A stretch of 64,000 bases of DNA from Planctomycetota bacterium (GCA_022616055.1 JAKEFM010000086.1:74183-138182); one strand, 5' to 3'; shown: positions 1 through 13,119, counted from the first letter of the stretch. The notes: generated by a model from the letters alone, not told the origin. Translations and numbers: made by a program.

Positions 1-243
1 ATCGGGCCGTCCCCCCGCCTCCTGCGCCAGATCCGCGGGCGCGGGCGCGATCGCGCGGCGGAGGACCGGGACTCCCGCCTGCTCGGCCTCCCGTGCCACC
101 TCGGAGGGGGCGACCCGCAGCCCCCGACCGCGTGGTCGGTCGGGGGGCGTCACGACGAGCGCGGGCCGGAAGGGGGACCCGAGGAGCGCCCGGAGCGACG
201 GGACGGCGAAGGGGGGCGATCCGAGGAAGACGACGCGGGTCAG
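1..243 (-). CDS. fmt: methionyl-tRNA formyltransferase, N-terminal part (gene runs off the left edge of the window)
   Basis: My minus-strand translation from 243 downward reads (L)TRVVFLGSPPFAVPSLRALLGSPFRPALVVTPPDRPRGRGLRVAPSEVAREAEQAGVPVL. This fits the Fmt N-terminal pattern (FxGxPxFA ... PDRPxGRG ... SPV). It is absent from the ORF track because it is truncated. The only candidate start is a CTG overlapping the trxA stop (CTGA). Confidence 0.7.
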   Translation of the reverse strand, partial: MTRVVFLGSPPFAVPSLRALLGSPFRPALVVTPPDRPRGRGLRVAPSEVAREAEQAGVPVLRRAIAPAPADLAQEAGGRPD

Positions 244-569
244 CCGAGGTGCTTCTGGACCAGGGTCTTCAGGTCGTTGTAGGAACGGGAGCCCACGATC
301 GTCTCGACCACCTGCCCCCCCTTCAGGAGGACGAACGTCGGGATCGAGGTGACCCCGTAGCGGATCGGGACCTCCGTGTTCTCGCTCGTGTTCATCTTCC
401 CCACCTTCAGCCGCTCGACGAACTCCCCCGCGAGCCGGTCGACGGAGGGCCCCATGGCGCGGCACGGGGCGCACCAGGGCGCCCAGAAATCGACGAAGAC
501 GGGGACCTGGGATCGGATCGCCTCGGTCTCCCAGTTCTGGTCGGTGAGGGTGAGCGTCTTGTCGGACAT
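240..569 (-). CDS. trxA: thioredoxin
   Basis: The last 109 aa of ORF 240..1463 read MSDKTLTLTDQNW...FWAPWCAPCR...GVTSIPTFVLLKGG, with a WCxPC active site. ATG at 569-567. The upstream part of the long ORF is R/P-rich shadow sequence. Confidence 0.95.
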   Translation of the reverse strand: MSDKTLTLTDQNWETEAIRSQVPVFVDFWAPWCAPCRAMGPSVDRLAGEFVERLKVGKMNTSENTEVPIRYGVTSIPTFVLLKGGQVVETIVGSRSYNDLKTLVQKHLG

Positions 570-592
570 CGGAAGGGCCTCCGAGCGAAGGG

Positions 593-1393
593 TCAGCCCC
601 CGGCCTCGGCGCCCGGCGTCGGCGGGGTCTCCTCTCCGGGAAACGCCTCCGCGAACCGGGCGAGAGCCGCGTCGGGGGGGACGGCGAGGGCGATCGCGAT
701 CGCCCCGAAGGGACGGTCCTGTCGCGCCCGGACGAGACCCTGCTTGACCAGCTCGAGGAGGGCCGAGAAGAGGCCGACGATCGTATCCCGGTCCCGCGCG
801 CCTTCGAAGACCTCGAGGAGCCCGCAGGCTCCCTTCGGGACGAGGCGGCGCAGGAGGTCGCGGGCGTACGCCCGGAGCGGACGCATCGGCGAGGCGACGC
901 GGTGGGGCCGATCGAGGAGGGTCTGGCGCCGGAGGCGCTCGTAGGTCGCGGCGAGGTCGAAGGCGTTGAGGTCCCCGAGGTCGAGCTCCGGCGCCTCCTC
1001 GCAGGACTCGACGGTCCCGCGCGCGTACCGGGCGGCCCGGGTCTCCGCCCGGACCGCCAGGACGCGGGCGACGTCCCGGAACCGGCGGTACTCGAGGAGG
1101 CCCTCGACGAGGCCCTCGTCGGGGAGGAGATCCTCCCCGAGGTCCACCTCCTCCCGGGGGAGGAGGACGCGCGTCTTGAGGGCGAGCAGCGTCGCGGCGA
1201 GGAGGAGGAGTTCCCCTCCCTCGTCGAGGCGGTCCTCCCCTCCGGCCGCGTCGAGGACCCGAAGCAGGTCCTCGCACACTCGCGCCAGGGCGATCTCCCG
1301 CGCGTCGACCTCCTCCTCCTTCACGAGCTGGAGGAGGAGATCGATCGGCCCGCGGTAGGTCTCGGAGAGCGTGACCGTGAAGTCCAGGGTCAT
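593..1393 (-). CDS. scpA: segregation and condensation protein A (kleisin)
   Basis: C-terminal 266 aa of ORF 593..2992: MTLDFTVTLSETYRGPIDLLLQLVKEEEVDAREIALARVCEDLL..., a ScpA-type N terminus. The ATG at 1393 forms an ATGA overlap with the upstream gene's stop. Confidence 0.85.
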   Translation of the reverse strand: MTLDFTVTLSETYRGPIDLLLQLVKEEEVDAREIALARVCEDLLRVLDAAGGEDRLDEGGELLLLAATLLALKTRVLLPREEVDLGEDLLPDEGLVEGLLEYRRFRDVARVLAVRAETRAARYARGTVESCEEAPELDLGDLNAFDLAATYERLRRQTLLDRPHRVASPMRPLRAYARDLLRRLVPKGACGLLEVFEGARDRDTIVGLFSALLELVKQGLVRARQDRPFGAIAIALAVPPDAALARFAEAFPGEETPPTPGAEAGG

Positions 1394-2052
1394 CCCGCGC
1401 GGACGATGGTCCGCTCCACGAGCCGCAGCCAACCCGTCGTCGCCGGCCCCGCGGTCGCGGCAAAGACGCCGTCGAAGGCCCGGCTGAACATCAGCGCGAC
1501 GAGGATGAGGAATCCGTACGGTTCGAGGGCGCCGAGGACGCGCCCGAGGGTGCGGGGGAAGAGGCCGCCGAGGACGCGCGACCCGTCGAGGGGCGGGATC
1601 GGCAGGAGGTTGAAGGCCACGAGGAAGAAGTTCATCGCGGTGGCCTGCCGCAGGACGCGGGTGCCCGCGTCCCCGGGATCGAACACCCCGGTCCTCAGGA
1701 AGACGCCCCAGAGGAGGCCCGCCCCGAGGCCGAGGGCGACGTTCGTCGCCGGCCCCGCGGCGGCGACGAGGATGCCGGCCGACGGGGGGCGCAACCGCAG
1801 CGGGTTCACCGGCACGGGGCGCGCCGACCCGAAGGCGATCGCGCCGTTCGAGGCCCAGAGGGAGACCGCCGGGAGGGCGAGGGAGAGCATCGGATCGAGG
1901 TGCGGGATCGGGTTGAGGGTGAGCCGGCCCGCCTCCTCCGCGGTCGGGTCGCCGAAGGCCTTCGCCACCCGCCCGTGCGCGACCTCGTGCAGGACGATGG
2001 AGTACACGAGGACGACGAGGGTCGCGACGAGGGTGAACGGATCGCCGGGCAC
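1390..2052 (-). CDS. site-2 protease family (M50) membrane metalloprotease
   Basis: 220 aa, multi-TM. HEVAH zinc motif and FNLLPIPPLDG motif typical of S2P/M50. GTG start. Confidence 0.85.
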   Translation of the reverse strand: MPGDPFTLVATLVVLVYSIVLHEVAHGRVAKAFGDPTAEEAGRLTLNPIPHLDPMLSLALPAVSLWASNGAIAFGSARPVPVNPLRLRPPSAGILVAAAGPATNVALGLGAGLLWGVFLRTGVFDPGDAGTRVLRQATAMNFFLVAFNLLPIPPLDGSRVLGGLFPRTLGRVLGALEPYGFLILVALMFSRAFDGVFAATAGPATTGWLRLVERTIVRAG

Positions 2053-2138
2053 CGGCTGCCGGAAGGGGGCGGGAAGATAGCACCCCCCCCGAGGAGGATC
2101 CAGACGACCGGGGGCGTCCTTGCCGGTCCTTCCCCCGC

Positions 2139-3134
2139 GTGTTTCGATACGCGGTCTTGGAATCGCGGGAGACGCGTCTCCGCCGCGCCGACGAGGTGCT
2201 CGCGCTCGAGGTCCGCGCGATCCAGTCGCTGCGCGACCGGCTCGGACCCAGCCTCGAGCGCGCGGTCGACCTGACCCTCGCCTGCAAGGGGACCCTCCTC
2301 GTCACGGGCGTCGGGAAGGCGGGGATCGTCGGGCAGAAGCTCTCCGCCACCTTCGCGAGCACCGGCACCCCCTCGATCTCGCTCCACCCGACGGAGGCCC
2401 TCCACGGCGACCTCGGGCGCGTGCGGCCCGGCGACCTCGTCGTCGCGCTCTCCAACAGCGGCGAGACGGAGGAGATCCTGCGCCTCGTCCCGGCGCTCAA
2501 GAAGATCGGGGTCCCCCTCGTCGCGATCACGGGCAACCCGAGCTCCTCCCTCGCCCGCCACGCCGACTGCGTCCTCGACATCGGCCCGGTCGAGGAGGCC
2601 GGCCCGCTCTTCCTCGCCCCGACGGCGAGCACGACCGGCATGCTCGCCCTGGGGGACGCCCTCGCGATGGTCGTCTGCGGGGAGCGCGACTTCCGGGCCG
2701 CGGAGTTCGCGATGTTCCACCCCGGCGGGGCGCTCGGCCGCCGGTTCCTGCGGGTCTCGGAGGTCATGCGCAAGGGGGAGTGCCTCCCGATCGTGCGGGA
2801 GGGGACCGCCGTCGAGCAGGTGCTGGTGGTCATGACCGCCACCCCGGGCCGCCCCGGCGCCGCGATCGTGGTGGACGGCGAGGGGAGGCTCGCCGGCTTC
2901 TTCACGGACGGGGACCTGCGCCGCCTGCTCGAGCAGGAGCGCGAGGGCCTGCTCCGGCGGCCGATCGAGGAGGTGATGACCCGGAGCCCCAAGGTCGTCG
3001 ACCCCGACCGGCTCGTCGCGGAGGCGCGTCACCTCCTCCACGCGCACCGCATCGACCAGATCCCGGTCGTCGACCGGAGGGGCGCGCCCGTCGGCCTCCT
3101 CGACGTCCAGGATCTCCTCGAGGTGGACATCTGA
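2139..3134 (+). CDS. kdsD: arabinose-5-phosphate isomerase (KpsF/GutQ family, SIS + 2 CBS domains)
   Basis: 331 aa. SIS motifs VTGVGKAGIVGQK and ALSNSGETEE, followed by two CBS repeats. GTG start at 2139. Confidence 0.9.
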   Translation: MFRYAVLESRETRLRRADEVLALEVRAIQSLRDRLGPSLERAVDLTLACKGTLLVTGVGKAGIVGQKLSATFASTGTPSISLHPTEALHGDLGRVRPGDLVVALSNSGETEEILRLVPALKKIGVPLVAITGNPSSSLARHADCVLDIGPVEEAGPLFLAPTASTTGMLALGDALAMVVCGERDFRAAEFAMFHPGGALGRRFLRVSEVMRKGECLPIVREGTAVEQVLVVMTATPGRPGAAIVVDGEGRLAGFFTDGDLRRLLEQEREGLLRRPIEEVMTRSPKVVDPDRLVAEARHLLHAHRIDQIPVVDRRGAPVGLLDVQDLLEVDI

Positions 3135-5707
3135 AGCGGGCGCTGGCCTTCCTCCTCCTCGCCGCGCTCGGCCTCGCCCTCCTCGTCTTCCTCGGCGGAG
3201 AGCTCCCCTCCTTCCTGAGGCGGTCCGGGGGCGCCTCCCCCGAGCACGCCGGCGACCCGGGGATCCCGATCGCGCGCGTGCGCCCCGAGCTCGCCAAGCC
3301 CTTCGGGAGGATCGAGGTCGAGATCCGGGGGCACGTGCAATTCGAGGTCGAGGGGTGGACGCTCGCCGGCACGGTGACGCGGACCGGACCGGACGGGACG
3401 CTCGACCTCGAGGGGATCACGCTCGAGGTTTCCGACCCTTCGAACCCCCGCCGGGGGAAGGCGGAGATCCGCGCCGCCCGCGGGCGCGCGCGCCTGGCCG
3501 CGGGGAGCGAGGGGGCCGCCCTCGCGCCCGACGCCCCCCTCCACCTCGAGGCGGCGGAGGGGACCTACGTCGATCCCGCCTTCCAGGAGGCCCCGGTCCG
3601 CTTCCGCGCCGCCGTCGCCGACCTCGATCCCCGCGCGCGGACCCTGCAGTCGAGCGGTCCCGCCGGCGTCGAGCGGGGCGGCCTCTCCCTCGAGGGGGAG
3701 GACCTCGCCGCGGACCTCGCGAAGTCCCTCTTCTCCCTCGGCCGCAACATCCGGTTCGCCCAGGCGACCGCCGCCGGGCGCGAACTGGTCGCGACGGCCG
3801 CGGGCCCCGCTCGGGCCGAGGTCGGTCCCCCCAACGCCGCCGGCTGGCGCCGGGCCCTCTTCGTCCTCGAGAACGCCGTTCGGGTCTCGAGCGAGAGCCC
3901 CCGGGAGCGCTCGACCGGCGCCGGGGACCGGCTCACGGCGGTCGCCGAGATCCCCCCCCGCGGATCGGGGCATGGCGAGGAGGTCGGGAAGATCCGGGAG
4001 CTCTCGATCTCCGGGAATGCGACCCTCGGCGGGGCCTTCGGCCAGGCCTCCTCGCCGCGACTCGACGCCTGGCTCGACGGCGAGGGGAGGGTCGAGCGCC
4101 TCCTGGCCGCGGAAGGCTCGACGCTCCTCCCCGCCGCCGAGCCGCCGGAGGCCGGCGGAGGGGAGGGGAGGGCGCTGCGGATCCGCGCGATCGAGAGCCG
4201 CGGGGCACTCCAGGTCGAGCGCGCGGCGGAGGGGGAGGGGCGGTTCGACGCCCACTTCGCGGGGCCGACCCTCCTCCACGAAGAGGAGTCGGTCCTCCCG
4301 AGCTTCATCGCGGGGCCCTCCATCGCGCGGATCGAGCGCGCGAAGCTCCTGCGCCTCCTCGCCACGGGAGGGGCGTGGCTCCGGTTCGGCGGAGCGAACG
4401 CCTACGCGCCGGTCGCCGAGATCGTGCCCGAGGCCGGGGGGCTCTCCCTCTCCCTCGGCCCGAGCGCGTTCCTCGACGCCCGCGCCGCCGGATCCGCCCT
4501 CGAAGGCGTGGGGGGAGGGACGCTCTCCTCAGGGGGATGGGCTTCCTTCCGCCTCCCCCAGGGCCCCGAGGCCGCCGGCTCCGCGACGCTCCCGGACGGC
4601 GCCACCCTCGCCTTCGAGGGGGGAGGATTCCTCGTCGCGGAGCGACGGATCGCGCTCGCCTGGGGACCGGAGAAGCGAGGCGCGCGCGTCCTCGCCGAGG
4701 GAGGCTACCGGCTCCACGATCCCAAGCGTGGCGTCTCCGGGTCCGGCGAGAGGCTCGAGATGGACGGGGAGGAGGTCTTCAAGACTTCGGGGACGCCCGC
4801 TCGCCTGGAGATTCGCGCGGGCCAGGCGCCGATCTCCCTCTCGGCGCGCACGGTCGACGGGACCCGCTCCTCCCTGGTCGCCGAGGGGGACGTCGAGGTC
4901 GGACTCCCGGCCGAGTGGATCGCCCGCTCCGCGACCGGTCGCCCGGAGGGAAAGGCGCCCGCTCCGGAGGCCGCCCCGGCCGCCGCGCGCTGCGCGCGCC
5001 TGTCGGCGGTGCTCGACCCCGCGACGGGGGAGGTCCGGACGGCGAGCCTGGAGGGCGGGGTCTCGATCGAATCCCCGACGTTGCGCGCGTCGGGAGCCCG
5101 GTTCGACCTCGACCGGGCGGAGGGGCGCCACCGACTCGACGGCGGTGACGCGGACGCCCGGCTCCTCGTCCGCGCGCCGGAGGGAGAGTTCGAGGCCGCG
5201 GCGCCGGAGATCGTCCTCGAGGGCCCGGGAGGGGAGACGGTCCTCCTCGCCCCTCGCGGAACCGTCCGGTTCCGACCGTCCTCCGCGCCCACGGAGACCC
5301 GGCCGGCCGAACTCCCGCTCGCCCCCGTCGACCTCGCCTTCGAGGGAAACCTCCGGTTCGAGACGGGGACGCGCGTGCTGCGCGCGGAGGGGAAGGTCCA
5401 CGCCGAGTCGGCCGGGGAGACTCCCTGGACCCTCGACGCGAAGGAGTTCGAGTCGCGCGTCGAGGGAGGGGTCGGCTCCCTCCTCGCGCGCGGGGACGCG
5501 CGCTTCGTCGCGCGGGACCTCGTCGACGCCCGAGGGGACGAGCTGCGGTTCGACCCGAGGAGCGGGGACGTCGTGGCGGTCGGGAACCCCGCGGTCATCG
5601 ACGCGAAGAGGGGGACGAGCGCGCGCGCGCTGCGGCTCAAGTACAACCTGCGGACCCACCTCTTCTCGTCGCAGGCGGGCGCCCTCTCGGAGCGTCCGAA
5701 CCGATGA
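3131..5707 (+). CDS. large membrane-anchored LptC/LptA (OstA)-like repeat protein
   Basis: Frame of ORF 2120..5707 downstream of kdsD. N-terminal anchor KRALAFLLLAALGLALLVFLGG is followed by about 830 aa of repetitive beta-strand-like segments. The C-terminal end is LptA-like (ARGDARFVARDLVDARGDELRFDPRSGDVVAVGNPAVIDAKRG). It sits between kdsD and lptD. No ATG/GTG/TTG is available near the anchor. The best start is the CTG at 3131, overlapping the kdsD stop (CTGA). Confidence 0.6.
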   Translation: MKRALAFLLLAALGLALLVFLGGELPSFLRRSGGASPEHAGDPGIPIARVRPELAKPFGRIEVEIRGHVQFEVEGWTLAGTVTRTGPDGTLDLEGITLEVSDPSNPRRGKAEIRAARGRARLAAGSEGAALAPDAPLHLEAAEGTYVDPAFQEAPVRFRAAVADLDPRARTLQSSGPAGVERGGLSLEGEDLAADLAKSLFSLGRNIRFAQATAAGRELVATAAGPARAEVGPPNAAGWRRALFVLENAVRVSSESPRERSTGAGDRLTAVAEIPPRGSGHGEEVGKIRELSISGNATLGGAFGQASSPRLDAWLDGEGRVERLLAAEGSTLLPAAEPPEAGGGEGRALRIRAIESRGALQVERAAEGEGRFDAHFAGPTLLHEEESVLPSFIAGPSIARIERAKLLRLLATGGAWLRFGGANAYAPVAEIVPEAGGLSLSLGPSAFLDARAAGSALEGVGGGTLSSGGWASFRLPQGPEAAGSATLPDGATLAFEGGGFLVAERRIALAWGPEKRGARVLAEGGYRLHDPKRGVSGSGERLEMDGEEVFKTSGTPARLEIRAGQAPISLSARTVDGTRSSLVAEGDVEVGLPAEWIARSATGRPEGKAPAPEAAPAAARCARLSAVLDPATGEVRTASLEGGVSIESPTLRASGARFDLDRAEGRHRLDGGDADARLLVRAPEGEFEAAAPEIVLEGPGGETVLLAPRGTVRFRPSSAPTETRPAELPLAPVDLAFEGNLRFETGTRVLRAEGKVHAESAGETPWTLDAKEFESRVEGGVGSLLARGDARFVARDLVDARGDELRFDPRSGDVVAVGNPAVIDAKRGTSARALRLKYNLRTHLFSSQAGALSERPNR

Positions 5708-8157
5708 TCGCCGCGGCCGCCCTGCTCCTCGCCCCGGCGAGGACGCAGGAGACCGCCCAGAGCCTTCCCGCAGCGGAATTCCGGTACGCCTGGCTCGACC
5801 ATCGCAGGGAAGGGGACGAGCTCCTCTACCTCGCGAGCGGGGTCTACCTCCGCCGCGGCGACCTCGAGGTCGAGGGGGACTTCGTCGTCCTCTGGTTCGA
5901 CTGGGACGAGTACCAGCGGGAATTCGAGCGGGGGGCCGAGAAGGACCGGGAGCTCCGGCGGGACCCCGGGGCCCCGCCGCCCCGGCCGGAGCCCGCGCCG
6001 CAGACCCGACCCGGTCCCCTCTCCGGCCAGCTCCCCGGCTTCGTCCTCGACGTCGCCCGCGAGATCTACGTCGAGGGAAACGTCCGCTTCTCGCAGGGCC
6101 GGGAGTCGAACGTCCGTCTCGATCGGCTCTACCTCGACCTGCGCACGGGAGCCGGGGTCCTCGTCGATCCCGTCCTCCGGACGTCGGTCGAGGTGTCCGG
6201 CGGCTCGCGCCCCCTCGTCGTGAGGGCGGAGTACCTCCGGAGGGCCTCCGACGGGACCCTCACGGGGAAGAACGCCCGGCTCACGACGTGCCCCTTCGCC
6301 CGGCCGCACTACCACGTCTCCGCGGACGAGGTCGAGCTCCGCCAGGACAGGAAGGGGGCCGCCTCGATCGCCGGCCTGGGGAGCGCGCTCCGCATCGGAG
6401 GGACCTCGATCTTCCCCCTTCCGACTTTCAAGTTCGGGGAGGGGGACCGGGACTGGTTCCCGATCCGGGACGTCCGCGTCGGCTCGAGCGACAAGCTCGG
6501 CGCCCACATCTCGACGGAGTGGGGGAACGACATCGGGGAGCCCGGAGCCGCGGTGAACCGCCTCCTCGGGATCGGCGGCGAGTTCAAGGGGGAGTGGACC
6601 CTCGAGCTCGACGAGAGCCTGCGCCGAGGGCCCTCCGCGGGCCTCCTCCTCGGGTACCGCACGCCGGGCGCCTACCGGGGGGACCTCAAGGGTTTCGTGA
6701 TCCAGGACAAGGGGGAGGACAGCGGGCCCTACGCCGACCTCTACACCCGCGAGGAGCACACCCGCGGCCGGGTCCGCTGGGAGCACCGCGCCTACGTCGG
6801 GACCCGGGGGATCCTCGACCTCGAGCTCGACTACGAGAGCGACCCGCTCGTCCTGCCGGAGTTCTTCAAGCGCGAGTTCCGGGAGGAGAAGGAGCCCGAG
6901 ACCACCGCCTCGTTCCGGGAGGTCGGGGACCACCTCGCCTTCACCGCGTTCGCCCGCTTCCGGCTGAACGACTTCGACCCGGTGCCGCCGGAGGGGATCG
7001 TGGAGGGAGGCTCTCCCCCCTCCCTGAACGAGGCGTTTCCCGACGCCGCGCTCCAGGCCGTCGTCCTCCCGCTCCCTCCCCTTCCCCTGCCGGGCGGGAT
7101 CGGGAGGGCGTGGGACCTCCCCCTCGTCCCCTACTACTCGGCCCGCGTCGAGGGCGCCCACCTCCGCAAGCGCTTCGCCGACGTCGAGATCCTCCCCGGC
7201 GTCGACCCCTTCACTCCCGAGGCGGACTTCCGAGCGACGCGATTCGACACGGTGCACCAGATCGACCTTCCCTTCCGGATCGGGCCCGCCACCCTCACCC
7301 CCTTCGGGGCGGTCCGCTACACGGCCTGGTCGGAATGGCTCGGCGGGTCGGGAGGGACGGGGCGCTTCGTCGGGGAGGGAGGGGCCCGCGGCTCCGTCCA
7401 CCTGGAGCGCCCGTACGGGACGCTCGCCCACCTCGTCGACCCGATCGTCGAGTACTCCAACACCTTCGCCGTCACCCGCGACCCGACGGACCTCCTCCAG
7501 TTCGACGAGACCGAGACGATCGACGAGGAGGAGTCCGTCCGGATCTCCCTCCGGAATCGGATCGCCTCCTCCGGATCCGGGCTGACCTTCGGCGACCTCC
7601 TCGTCTCGGTCCCCCTGTTCCCCGACGCGGAGCGCGACAACGGGGGACGGACGACGGGAAACCCGAGCTTCGACCTCACGCTGGCGCCCTGGGGAAGCGG
7701 GAGCGGGGGGCGCCGCCCGCTGATCCGGGCCGTCGGGGAGGTCGACCTCGGCATCGACGACCTCGGGACCCTCGACGCGGGGGTGCGCCTGCCGAGCGGG
7801 GAAGGGATGGAGTGGCTCCTCGGGTACGCGGAGGCGAAGAGCCCCCTCGACGGCGAGACCTCCTACGCGGCGGTGGCGGCGGGCGCGGCCCTCGACCTCG
7901 GGGAGAAGTGGGACGTCGAGGGGGTCGGCCAGTACGACTTCCACGAGGACCGGCTCCTCGCCAACCGCCTCGTCCTGCGCCGCGTCGGCCACGACTGGAT
8001 CCTGGAGGTCGCCGCCTTCCGCGACCGCGGGTCGGGGGACTCGGGGTTCTCCTTCCGCGTGCAGCCCGCTCTCCTCTTCGACTCGCGCCGGCCGTTCGAC
8101 CGACGCCAGAGCCGCTCCTTCTTCGAGGACGAGCCCGCCTTCGCCGGGGCCTACTGA
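5704..8157 (+). CDS. lptD: LPS-assembly outer-membrane protein LptD (OstA)
   Basis: 817 aa. N-terminal OstA-like segment (LYLASGVYLRRGDLEVEGDFVVLWFD), the LTTCPFARPHYHVSADEVEL motif typical of LptD, and a long beta-barrel-like C-terminal part. ATGA overlap with the upstream gene. Confidence 0.75.
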   Translation: MIAAAALLLAPARTQETAQSLPAAEFRYAWLDHRREGDELLYLASGVYLRRGDLEVEGDFVVLWFDWDEYQREFERGAEKDRELRRDPGAPPPRPEPAPQTRPGPLSGQLPGFVLDVAREIYVEGNVRFSQGRESNVRLDRLYLDLRTGAGVLVDPVLRTSVEVSGGSRPLVVRAEYLRRASDGTLTGKNARLTTCPFARPHYHVSADEVELRQDRKGAASIAGLGSALRIGGTSIFPLPTFKFGEGDRDWFPIRDVRVGSSDKLGAHISTEWGNDIGEPGAAVNRLLGIGGEFKGEWTLELDESLRRGPSAGLLLGYRTPGAYRGDLKGFVIQDKGEDSGPYADLYTREEHTRGRVRWEHRAYVGTRGILDLELDYESDPLVLPEFFKREFREEKEPETTASFREVGDHLAFTAFARFRLNDFDPVPPEGIVEGGSPPSLNEAFPDAALQAVVLPLPPLPLPGGIGRAWDLPLVPYYSARVEGAHLRKRFADVEILPGVDPFTPEADFRATRFDTVHQIDLPFRIGPATLTPFGAVRYTAWSEWLGGSGGTGRFVGEGGARGSVHLERPYGTLAHLVDPIVEYSNTFAVTRDPTDLLQFDETETIDEEESVRISLRNRIASSGSGLTFGDLLVSVPLFPDAERDNGGRTTGNPSFDLTLAPWGSGSGGRRPLIRAVGEVDLGIDDLGTLDAGVRLPSGEGMEWLLGYAEAKSPLDGETSYAAVAAGAALDLGEKWDVEGVGQYDFHEDRLLANRLVLRRVGHDWILEVAAFRDRGSGDSGFSFRVQPALLFDSRRPFDRRQSRSFFEDEPAFAGAY

Positions 8158-8213
8158 GCCGGCGCGGCGGTTGTGGGACGGGGACCGCGGACTACGATCC
8201 CCCAGGTTCGAAG

Positions 8214-8504
8214 ATGCCGCCGCTCGCCTTCCTCAACCAGGTCGGCCCCCTCGAGCTCGTCCTGATCCTCGTCGTCGCGCTCCTCCTCTTCGGGGGGCGG
8301 CTCCCCGACGTCGGCCGGAGCATCGGCAGGAGCCTCGCCCAGTTCAAGAAGGGCCTCCAGGACATGCGCGACGAGATCGAGCGGGAAGAGCCCCTCCCGC
8401 CCCGGCCCCGGAAGGAGCCCGGAGGGAACGGCGGAAGCCTCTCCCCTCCTCCGGGACCTCCGGGAGATCGCCCCGCCCCGCCGGCCGGCGGGGGGGACGC
8501 GTAG
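8214..8504 (+). CDS. tatA: twin-arginine translocase subunit TatA/E
   Basis: MPPLAFLNQVGPLELVLILVVALLLFGGRLPDVGRSIGRSLAQFKKG... is the classic TatA TM plus amphipathic helix, here with a Pro/Gly-rich tail. It lies in frame at the end of shadow ORF 3972..8504. Confidence 0.9.
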   Translation: MPPLAFLNQVGPLELVLILVVALLLFGGRLPDVGRSIGRSLAQFKKGLQDMRDEIEREEPLPPRPRKEPGGNGGSLSPPPGPPGDRPAPPAGGGDA

Positions 8505-8516
8505 CGCGCGGGCCGA

Positions 8517-9050
8517 CTACCGGCGTTTCTTCGACTCGCGCATGACCGCCGCGTTCGCCTCGTCGAAGAGCTTCTCCCACCCGGCGTCCGCCCCCTCCTC
8601 CCGCCGGATCTTCAGGGTGGTCTCGACGAGGTGCCGGTTCTCCTCCAGGCCGCTCACGACCGGGCAGATCTCGCAGCGCGATCGCCCCGCGAACTGCTCG
8701 AGGACGTCGGCGGGGGCGAGGATCGGCATCGCCACCGTCATCAGTTTCTGGAACCGGTCGAGGGGGACGACCAGGGACTGGGACACGAGCTCCGGGGGGA
8801 AGCTGCGGACGAGCTCCCGGTCGAGGTCGTGCGACGCGACGGAGACGATCGGGAGCCCGAACTCGAGGGCGACGATCCGCATCAGCTCCCACTCGGTGAT
8901 CGCCCCGACCTTGATCAGCGCCTCCGGGAAAAGGGTCCCCCCCCGCTCGCTGTCGGCCTTCGCGGCGTGCATCGCGGCCGCGGAGACCCCCTGGCGCTCG
9001 CCGATGATCTCGGCGAGCCGGGCGTACGACATCCTTCGCAGGTCGCGCAT
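8517..9050 (-). CDS. stand-alone GspE/MshE N-terminal-like (T2SSE_N) domain protein
   Basis: 177 aa. LFPEALIKVGAITEWELMRIVALEFGLPIVSVASHDLDRELVRSFPPEL resembles the N-terminal domain of type II secretion / type IV pilus ATPases. No ATPase domain is attached. Confidence 0.6.
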   Translation of the reverse strand: MRDLRRMSYARLAEIIGERQGVSAAAMHAAKADSERGGTLFPEALIKVGAITEWELMRIVALEFGLPIVSVASHDLDRELVRSFPPELVSQSLVVPLDRFQKLMTVAMPILAPADVLEQFAGRSRCEICPVVSGLEENRHLVETTLKIRREEGADAGWEKLFDEANAAVMRESKKRR

Positions 9051-9119
9051 GGGGGGCCCTCGACCCCGGTATCGTCCCGGGCCGGCGGCCCTCTTGAGCG
9101 CCGCGCCGGCCGGCGCGGC

Positions 9120-13062
<3,943 letters not shown>

Positions 13063-13119
13063 CCTCAGAGTCTCCTTCTTTCCTTGAATCTTGAGGTCGT
13101 CGTAGCCGTGGCCGCCATC

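Noticed and set aside
8205-8212. GGTTCGAA, resembling a tRNA T-arm, in the lptD-tatA spacer.
   Set aside because: The spacer is only about 56 nt. No acceptor, D or anticodon stems can be drawn. No other intergenic region shows a cloverleaf either.
3972-8504. A 1510-aa ORF, plus similar giants at 4705..7992 (-), 8631..12101 (+), 13428..17669 (+), 51703..54882 (-), 57287..59962 (-) and 60054..62735 (-).
   Set aside because: Their translations are monotonous R/P/G/A-rich strings. They overlap genes with clear family motifs in another frame or strand. Stop-free shadow frames of this kind are expected at this GC content. Only the terminal segments that carry recognisable proteins were kept (tatA, the TerB protein, lpxA and others).
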